The notes under the pieces are model-generated. The model did no database searches. It saw only the letters and a list, made by a program, of their open reading frames with translations, and was not told where the DNA came from. Shown here in pieces: positions 47,080 through 53,441 of a stretch of 53,441 bases of DNA (position 1 is its first letter; each line of letters begins with the position of its first letter). The stretch covers positions 1 through 53,441 of the forward strand of contig WQVN01000004.1 of NCBI GenBank assembly GCA_009785795.1. Direction: 5' to 3'. Made by a program: the position numbers and the translations under genes. The stretch comes from Coriobacteriia bacterium (lineage in GTDB: Bacteria > Actinomycetota > Coriobacteriia > WRKU01 > WQUG01).

Positions 47080-48108
47080 ATGCTTTTCTCAGCGACAACA
47101 AAAATACTTACCAGATTACTGCGAGGTTCCGTTCGTGGCTTTGCCCTGTTCTTTGGCGTGTTTTCGGCACTCAATATTATCGTGTCTCGATTTGGCACTG
47201 CTCGCGCAGAAGACATCTGGTGGATTCAGTTCGACTATCTGCCATCACCGATAGTTGCAATGCTATCTGCACTGCTTGCAGTAACCTTGATTTGTTATGC
47301 ACTCAAGCCAGGAATGAGTCTTGTCAGAAAGATCGTAACGACTTCTGTGTGTATGGTGTATGCAGTATTCGCATTGGTCAATGTGCTTGAATACTATAGT
47401 CTGCTAAGCTCGGGTGCATTCACAACGCGGTTTCCTGTACCCTTTTCACTATTTATCGTCATAGGCTTTATTTTTATGGGCATAGTAGCATGGACTTTAA
47501 ATGAGCGTCGTTCGTCATTATTGGAATTTTCACTCATGATGATGTTTGCCGCTTTAGGGGTGCTACTTTTCCCCCTTGTGCAAATCTATACTTTTGGCTC
47601 TACTGATTATTCCAGGCCTGCTGACGTAGCTATAGTTTTTGGCGCGCGTGCATTTCCTGATGGGCGACTTTCCACGTCGCTGCGCGCACGGGTAGATCGC
47701 TCTATCGAGTTATACCACGATGGACTCGTGCCAAAACTTCTTTTTACGGGAGGCATTGATGCTGACGGAGTAAATGAGCCAGAAATGATGCGAGCTTATG
47801 CCATTGCGCACGGTGTTAATCCAGATAACATCATTATTGATCAATACGGCAATGACACTGATCTGTCAGCGCGAAATACGGTACCCATGTTGCACGAGAT
47901 GCAGGCAACACGTGTTCTTGCTGTTAGTCAAAACTATCATTTGCCACGAATCAAAATGGCATATCGGGCAGAAGGGGCTAATGTGCTGACGGTGCCTGCG
48001 TATAGTGATTATTTCATTCCAGGAACACATAGGAACCTAACAAGGGAAACATTTGCCTTCTGGGGCTATTGGTTGCGTTCAGGTGTCCGCGATTTAAGGG
48101 CGCCATAA
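47080..48108 (+). CDS. YdcF/SanA (DUF218) family protein with an N-terminal multi-TM region
   Basis: AIVFGA, RVDRSIELY, LLFTGG, VSQNYHLPR, TRE; start 47071 or 47080. Confidence 0.88.
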   Translation: MLFSATTKILTRLLRGSVRGFALFFGVFSALNIIVSRFGTARAEDIWWIQFDYLPSPIVAMLSALLAVTLICYALKPGMSLVRKIVTTSVCMVYAVFALVNVLEYYSLLSSGAFTTRFPVPFSLFIVIGFIFMGIVAWTLNERRSSLLEFSLMMMFAALGVLLFPLVQIYTFGSTDYSRPADVAIVFGARAFPDGRLSTSLRARVDRSIELYHDGLVPKLLFTGGIDADGVNEPEMMRAYAIAHGVNPDNIIIDQYGNDTDLSARNTVPMLHEMQATRVLAVSQNYHLPRIKMAYRAEGANVLTVPAYSDYFIPGTHRNLTRETFAFWGYWLRSGVRDLRAP

Positions 48109-48221
48109 AGTATCTTTTCTGTTGAAAATACTGTACGATGATTGCAGATTGAATGGTAGAATACATATATTGTTGAAGGATTTCATGCAGATGGAACTTT
48201 GCAGTTAGTAGAGAAGGAATT

Positions 48222-48860
48222 ATGGAAGAGACTAAGACAAACGATACATCGACTGAACCTGCAGGTCAGGAAGAAGAAAACTCAGTGATGTCAGACTCGC
48301 CAGCGGCGACTAAGCTTGCGCCACGGGCAACTGTATTTGATAACAATTTGCGCGCGCTCGCGATTCATGGTGTGGCCTTACTGATCTTTACGGTAATTAC
48401 AATTATCGAGGCAAATATACCAGGCTTCTCGCTTCCATCCCTTGCGTGGACTTTTGCATTGCTTCTAATTATGGGCATGTACGTGTTCTTGGCAAATAGA
48501 TTTCTGTTGCCAATCTCAACTGTGAAAAATGTGCTGTCTGTAATCTACTTGCCAATACTGCTTGTGGTCGTGACAACGGCACATGTCCTTCTCTATCTGG
48601 ATGGAGTTAACCTAGCACAAGGCGTATATGATTCAGTGAGCTTTCTTGCCTTTGCCTTGAATGTGCCAGCGATCTTTATAGTGGTGACCGTATCTGGCTT
48701 TTTCACGACTCCGGGTGTTTCTTTTGGACCAGTTGCATTCATTATGCTCTATATTGCAGCACTGCTTCCACCACTTCTAATGTATGCAGGTCTCTGTCTG
48801 CGAGCATGGAGAAGTAAGGGAAAGACTGCAGCTGAAGCGACTGATTCTACCGACATCTAA
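48222..48860 (+). CDS. Hypothetical multi-pass membrane protein (paralog of 4409-4909)
   Basis: AAGGA RBS; about 5 TM segments. Confidence 0.8.
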   Translation: MEETKTNDTSTEPAGQEEENSVMSDSPAATKLAPRATVFDNNLRALAIHGVALLIFTVITIIEANIPGFSLPSLAWTFALLLIMGMYVFLANRFLLPISTVKNVLSVIYLPILLVVVTTAHVLLYLDGVNLAQGVYDSVSFLAFALNVPAIFIVVTVSGFFTTPGVSFGPVAFIMLYIAALLPPLLMYAGLCLRAWRSKGKTAAEATDSTDI

Positions 48861-48868
48861 ACAAATTA

Positions 48869-49681
48869 ATGGTTGCAAAATTTTTTAGTGTGACTCATGG
48901 ACTCATGCGTCAGACATGGGACAATCGTGCGATAACGTGGGAATTCGCTCGTCGTACCCTGCACAAAAAGTACAAAGGAACAGCATTGGGCATGCTTTGG
49001 ATTTTAGCATTGCCCATGGCCTATGTCTTGGTGTTTTGGTTTGCAATTGAGATTGGCCTGCGTATGGATAGGGGTGACTACCCCTTTGTGCTGTGGTTAA
49101 TACCGGGCATCTTTTTGTGGCGCACCATTAGCGAGTGCCTTTCGCAGGCAGGTAATTCTGTGCGTAAGAATCGCGGGCTTGTGACAAAGGTATCCTTTCC
49201 GCTAATTGCTATTCCTCAATTTAGCGTACTCTCTTTATTTGTGGCACACATGGGTGTAATGCTGCTGGCGTTTGCCATTTTTATCGCTGCGGGGTATACG
49301 CCGACCATATACTGGCTACAGTTTTTCTACTATATCCCAGCAGCCTTTATTTTTTGCCTTATTGCGGCTACCTTTTTATCTGCACTTACCGCGTTCTCGA
49401 AAGACTTGGTGCAGTTTATTCGTGTAATGACGCAAACACTGTTCTGGTTTTCACCAATTCTGTGGCCAGCAAGCAATTTGGAAGGTACCTTAGGCGTGAT
49501 AATGCGCTTAAATCCTATTGCTTATTTGGTTGAGGGATATAGAGCCTGCATGCTTTACAATACATGGTTTTGGCAGGATCCTGGCTGGGCGCTATATTTT
49601 TGGGCTTTCATTATGATTTCTGGCGTTGTGACTATTTATGTATGGAATAGAATGTCTCGAAACTTTGCAGATGTGATGTAG
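48869..49681 (+). CDS. Glycopolymer ABC exporter permease (TagG/Wzm type)
   Basis: KYKGTALGMLW, LVTKVSFP, LNPIAYLVEGYR, FADVM. Confidence 0.92.
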   Translation: MVAKFFSVTHGLMRQTWDNRAITWEFARRTLHKKYKGTALGMLWILALPMAYVLVFWFAIEIGLRMDRGDYPFVLWLIPGIFLWRTISECLSQAGNSVRKNRGLVTKVSFPLIAIPQFSVLSLFVAHMGVMLLAFAIFIAAGYTPTIYWLQFFYYIPAAFIFCLIAATFLSALTAFSKDLVQFIRVMTQTLFWFSPILWPASNLEGTLGVIMRLNPIAYLVEGYRACMLYNTWFWQDPGWALYFWAFIMISGVVTIYVWNRMSRNFADVM

Positions 49682-50926
49682 GTGGCAGACATGAATGATG
49701 ATACGTGCAAACAGAACAATAAGGTCGCTCTTGAGTATGCTGTTGAGGTTTCACAACTCACAAAGCGATACAAGATTTATCCTAACGACATAAAACGTGC
49801 TTTAGGAACCTTGGGGTTCAAGGTTGAGCATAAGGATTTTGTCGCTCTTGACAATATAAATTACAAATTTGAAAAAGGCGAAGTTACTGCAATTCTGGGT
49901 CGAAATGGATCAGGAAAATCAACCCTGTTAAAGCTAATCACCGGTGTTACCTTTCCCAATAAAGGAACTGTAGAGACGCATGGACGAATTTCTGCCATGC
50001 TTGAATTGCGGTCAGGCTTTGATGCGGAATTGACTGGCATAGAGAACATCTATTATAAGGCTCTGACTATGGGAATCTCAGAAGCAGAGATCGAGCAAGT
50101 AAAAGATGACATCATTGAATTCGCAGATATTGGCGTGCACATTGACCAACCCTATCGAACCTATTCAAGTGGCATGAAGGCGCGTTTAGGATTTGCTGTG
50201 GCAGCAAATATCGATCCAGACATCCTTGTTGTTGACGAAGTCATGGCGGTTGGTGATGACATCTTCAAGATGAAATGCATTGCAAAAATGAATGAGTTTC
50301 GTCAGCAGGGGAAAACTATCCTGTTCGTTAGTCATAGCATGTCAACGGTAAAAGCTTTTTGCACGCGTGCTATTTGGCTCAATCAGGGCAAGCTTATGGC
50401 ACAGGGCGACATGGGTGATGTTGTTGTTCAGTACTCAGAATTTCTAAAGACTGAGCGCAAGCAAGCACGTGTAGCTGCTATTGAGCAGTCAGAAGAAGAA
50501 AATCCCATTTTGACACGCAGAGACATTGTTGCGCCGACCAAGTTTCGTTTGCTTGATGATTCTGGAGAGAGCATAAAGAAGCTTGATTTTGGGAAGCCTT
50601 GGGCCTTTGCATTTAACTATGAGGTAAAAAAGCCAATGGATAGCCTTGCGGTAGCTTTTTCAATCAGCAATGCAGAGGGTGTAGAGGTCTATTCGTCTGG
50701 CAAGCAATCCTTAAGCCTTGACAGGACTATTGGCAAACATAAAGCACGTATACAGTTTGAAGAAGCAAGCTTGATTCCTGGCAAGTACCAGATTACCGTT
50801 GAGCTATGGGACAATGTGTCTGGCCTTAAAGTACTTGCTGCGAATGCAAAGAAGTTCAACGTAGCGCAAACTGCCTACGTCGGAACAGGAATTGTGCACT
50901 TGAAGCACAGTGTGGCAAAGGACTAG
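49682..50926 (+). CDS. Glycopolymer ABC exporter ATPase (TagH/Wzt type) with a Wzt_C-like domain
   Basis: GRNGSGKST, YSSGMKARLGFA, VDEVMAVGD, C-terminal beta domain. Confidence 0.93.
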   Translation: MADMNDDTCKQNNKVALEYAVEVSQLTKRYKIYPNDIKRALGTLGFKVEHKDFVALDNINYKFEKGEVTAILGRNGSGKSTLLKLITGVTFPNKGTVETHGRISAMLELRSGFDAELTGIENIYYKALTMGISEAEIEQVKDDIIEFADIGVHIDQPYRTYSSGMKARLGFAVAANIDPDILVVDEVMAVGDDIFKMKCIAKMNEFRQQGKTILFVSHSMSTVKAFCTRAIWLNQGKLMAQGDMGDVVVQYSEFLKTERKQARVAAIEQSEEENPILTRRDIVAPTKFRLLDDSGESIKKLDFGKPWAFAFNYEVKKPMDSLAVAFSISNAEGVEVYSSGKQSLSLDRTIGKHKARIQFEEASLIPGKYQITVELWDNVSGLKVLAANAKKFNVAQTAYVGTGIVHLKHSVAKD

Positions 50927-50980
50927 TGCGATGACAAGAAAAGATGGAATAATCGCACATTTGAATCTGAAAGGTGTGGA

Positions 50981-51709
50981 ATGCAGGTAGTCATCTTCAA
51001 TTCGGGTCTTGGTGTGCGCATGGGAGATGCGGGCAAAAAGACTCATAAAGCGATGTTTCCTCTTGAGGGACATGGCGGCGAGACTATTTTCGAGCGCCAA
51101 ATCAGACTGTTGAGTGATGCAGGACTAAAGGATTTTGTGATAACTACTGGTCCTTTCAAAGATCAGCTTGAGGCTGTTCTTGATAATCCTCAATATTCAA
51201 ATCTCAATGTTGAACTTGTCGAAAATCCTGTTTATGCGACAACAAATTACATCTACTCACTGTATTTGGCGCGCGATTTCATCACAGATGATGTCCTGTC
51301 AATTCATGGTGACCTTGTATTTAGCCCTGGGTTTTTGCAGCGCATTCTCAGTGCGGAAGATACTTCCTGTGCTGCAGTTGACAGGCAAGCAGCGTTGCCA
51401 GATAAAGATTTTAAAGCGCGCATTTCGAATGGGCTGATAAAAGAAGTTGCTGTTGACATCTTTGATAGCGACTGCGTTGCCTTTCAGCCCTTTTATCGTC
51501 TGCGTGCAGATGATATGCAGGCTTGGATGGCAGAAGTTGTACGCTTTGTCGATGATGGCAAGACGGGAGTGTATGCAGAAAATGCGCTCAATAGGCTAAC
51601 TGACCATCTTCAGATTTCTGAACTTTCATATACCGATGACTATGTTGCTGAGGTTGACACCCTTGAGGATTTGTCTGCCGTATCTAAAGAGGTAAAACTC
51701 TTTGATTAG
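50981..51709 (+). CDS. NTP transferase (LicC/PntC-like cytidylyltransferase)
   Basis: IFNSGLGVRMG..K, ENPVYATTNYIYSL, HGDL, EVDTLEDL. Confidence 0.8.
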   Translation: MQVVIFNSGLGVRMGDAGKKTHKAMFPLEGHGGETIFERQIRLLSDAGLKDFVITTGPFKDQLEAVLDNPQYSNLNVELVENPVYATTNYIYSLYLARDFITDDVLSIHGDLVFSPGFLQRILSAEDTSCAAVDRQAALPDKDFKARISNGLIKEVAVDIFDSDCVAFQPFYRLRADDMQAWMAEVVRFVDDGKTGVYAENALNRLTDHLQISELSYTDDYVAEVDTLEDLSAVSKEVKLFD

Positions 51710-51823
51710 TGTCAGTTTTGAAATGTGCTGACTATGAGTGCTAGGGCAAGTGGACTGTACAGATAAGCGCTTTACGAGTTCAATAAGTTAATGTATGACA
51801 AGCAAAGGGTGAAACATACACAC

Positions 51824-53441
51824 ATGAGTGGACAAGTTATTTTTCGTGCATCCGCAATATCAGAGTTGCCAGCGACGGTCTTGTCGCTGCTTCCTGATGC
51901 GCACAGTAAGAAAGTTTTCCTTGTTTCTGGAGGTTCGTTTACCGACTCATTTGCCGAGGAATTGCAAAAGCAAGGTATTTCTTTAGACTCCTTTGATGAA
52001 TTTTCCTCAAATCCTACCTATGATGATATTCTTGCTGGACTTGATGCCTTTAAGGCATCGCAAGCTGATTTGTTGATTTCTGTAGGTGGTAGAAGTGCCA
52101 TAGATTTGGCAAAGTGCATTCTGCTTTTCTCATCAGTTCCAGACGAGCATTTTCAAATTGATGCTCAAGGCGACGATGAGTCCAGTGCGGAAAAGGATAA
52201 AGCTGAGCCAACGTATCTTACTGCAGAGTACAGTAGTTCCAGCATTCCCCATCTGGCCATTCCCACAACAGCGGGATCAGGTAGTGAGGCGACCACGTTT
52301 TCTATAGTTCACATGAAAAAGCCATATGTGGTTGATAGTTCACATGCGATTCCCGAGTATGTTGCACTTGTTCCAGAATTTCTGCACGGACTGCCATCCT
52401 ATCAGAGAAAGACTGCAATTTTAGACGCACTGTGTCAATCCATAGAATCGTATTGGTCTGTCAAGTCAACTGACGAAAGCAAGGCTTATGCCAAAGAAGC
52501 AATCAAGCTTATTCTGAACAATTATCAGGATTATTTAGCTTCTGATGATGGTGGTGCTGCAGAGGTAATGCTTGAAGCAGCACACTTGGCTGGAAAAGCG
52601 ATCAATATTGCAGGAGTCACCGCAGCGAGCGCAATGAGCTATCAAATGACTTCTCTATATGGTATTGCTCATGGTCACGCGCTTGCGCTCTGCATGCCAA
52701 AAGTCTGGCGCTACATGATAGGCCACTTGGAGCGTTGTTCTGATGAGCGAGGTACTGACTATTTGGGAGAGATGTTCGCAGAGCTTGATGAGCTTTTTGG
52801 CTTCAATGAGCATAACCAGACGATTGAGTGGCTTGAAGCCCTTGTAAGAGACTTTGACATGCTTCCTCCCAAGTCTAAGAGTGCTGCAGACATGGGAAAG
52901 CTGAGAAGATCTGTTACTGTAGCGCAACTTGCAAATAATCCTATTAAGCTGACTAAGAAAATGGTCACATTCCTCTACAGACAAATTATTCCTTCGCTGG
53001 CAAAACATAGGAAAAAAGTGAGTCCAGCGCGCAAAGCAATACAACGGTTAAAGAAAGTAAAAGAGGTAGCACGTCGAATATCTTCGGTACTCTATCGTCG
53101 TGCAAAGTTTGATCTGGACGACACACTGGTCTTCTTTGTTTCCAATCAAGGAAAAGATTATTCGGGTCAATATCGTACGCTCTTTGAACAGGCTCATGCT
53201 GATGAGCGCTTCAATCAACTTCATTATGTTTGGGGCTTTAAAAAGAAATCGGTTACAAATTATCGATTTTTAGAACGAAAAGGATCAACACGTGTTGCCT
53301 CAAGAAATTCTCGCCGCTTCATCAACGTGATTTCGCAAGCACGCTTCCTGTGCTTTGATCATTATTTGCCCTATGGAGTAAAACTGCGCAAAAATCAAAT
53401 ACTTATTCCACCAGATACTGACATAGATACTTTTTTTGAAA
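51824..53441 (+). CDS. Iron-containing ADH (phosphonoacetaldehyde reductase-like) fused to a TagF-like N-terminal segment; runs off the window
   Basis: Hand-translated open frame: FSSNPTY, SVGGRSAIDLAK, AIPTTAGSGSEAT, DALCQSIESYWSV, HGHA, NNP, then LVFFVSNQGKDYSG...YVW...RKNQ; alternative start 51791. Confidence 0.85.
   Translation, partial: MSGQVIFRASAISELPATVLSLLPDAHSKKVFLVSGGSFTDSFAEELQKQGISLDSFDEFSSNPTYDDILAGLDAFKASQADLLISVGGRSAIDLAKCILLFSSVPDEHFQIDAQGDDESSAEKDKAEPTYLTAEYSSSSIPHLAIPTTAGSGSEATTFSIVHMKKPYVVDSSHAIPEYVALVPEFLHGLPSYQRKTAILDALCQSIESYWSVKSTDESKAYAKEAIKLILNNYQDYLASDDGGAAEVMLEAAHLAGKAINIAGVTAASAMSYQMTSLYGIAHGHALALCMPKVWRYMIGHLERCSDERGTDYLGEMFAELDELFGFNEHNQTIEWLEALVRDFDMLPPKSKSAADMGKLRRSVTVAQLANNPIKLTKKMVTFLYRQIIPSLAKHRKKVSPARKAIQRLKKVKEVARRISSVLYRRAKFDLDDTLVFFVSNQGKDYSGQYRTLFEQAHADERFNQLHYVWGFKKKSVTNYRFLERKGSTRVASRNSRRFINVISQARFLCFDHYLPYGVKLRKNQILIPPDTDIDTFFE

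Noticed and set aside
1-53441. CRISPR arrays, IS transposases, rRNA, and the many antisense ORFs in the track
   Set aside because: No repeat-spacer array, transposase or rRNA was seen. Minus-strand ORFs outside 45186-46881 are shadows of well-supported plus-strand genes.

Overview
A core-chromosome stretch, almost entirely on the + strand. The gene content (gcvH with FHA/MerR genes, glyQS, split gcvPA/PB and split transketolase, apparent leaderless starts) suggests an anaerobic Gram-positive, probably Coriobacteriia; this taxonomy is inference. Housekeeping genes: trmD, lepB, rplJL with its L10 leader, lepA, dusB, hemW, dapB, ftsEX-ctpA-smpB, gcvH-PA-PB, apt, hrcA-dnaJ-rsmE-mtaB, glyQS, PDRP, recA-recX and tRNA-Ala(GGC). 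Four accessory blocks are interleaved. (1) A two-gene pilus-like locus: a giant Gly-rich beta-helix adhesin and a Spy0128-like shaft pilin, with non-canonical VPSTG/IEPTG sorting signals and no sortase in the window. (2) An AT-rich four-gene islet: DUF4760-like protein, an unannotated 42-aa peptide, a TM/beta-barrel protein and a CxxCxxCC protein. (3) A ~2-kb integrase-less islet in tRNA-Ala, whose displaced tRNA half has a compensatorily changed T-stem; it carries a PIN toxin whose partner gene starts with ATA. (4) The start of a cell-wall glycopolymer locus (wzm/wzt, NTP transferase, and an Fe-ADH/TagF-like fusion missing from the ORF track) that hints at phosphonate decoration. All family assignments are by eye; no searches were run.
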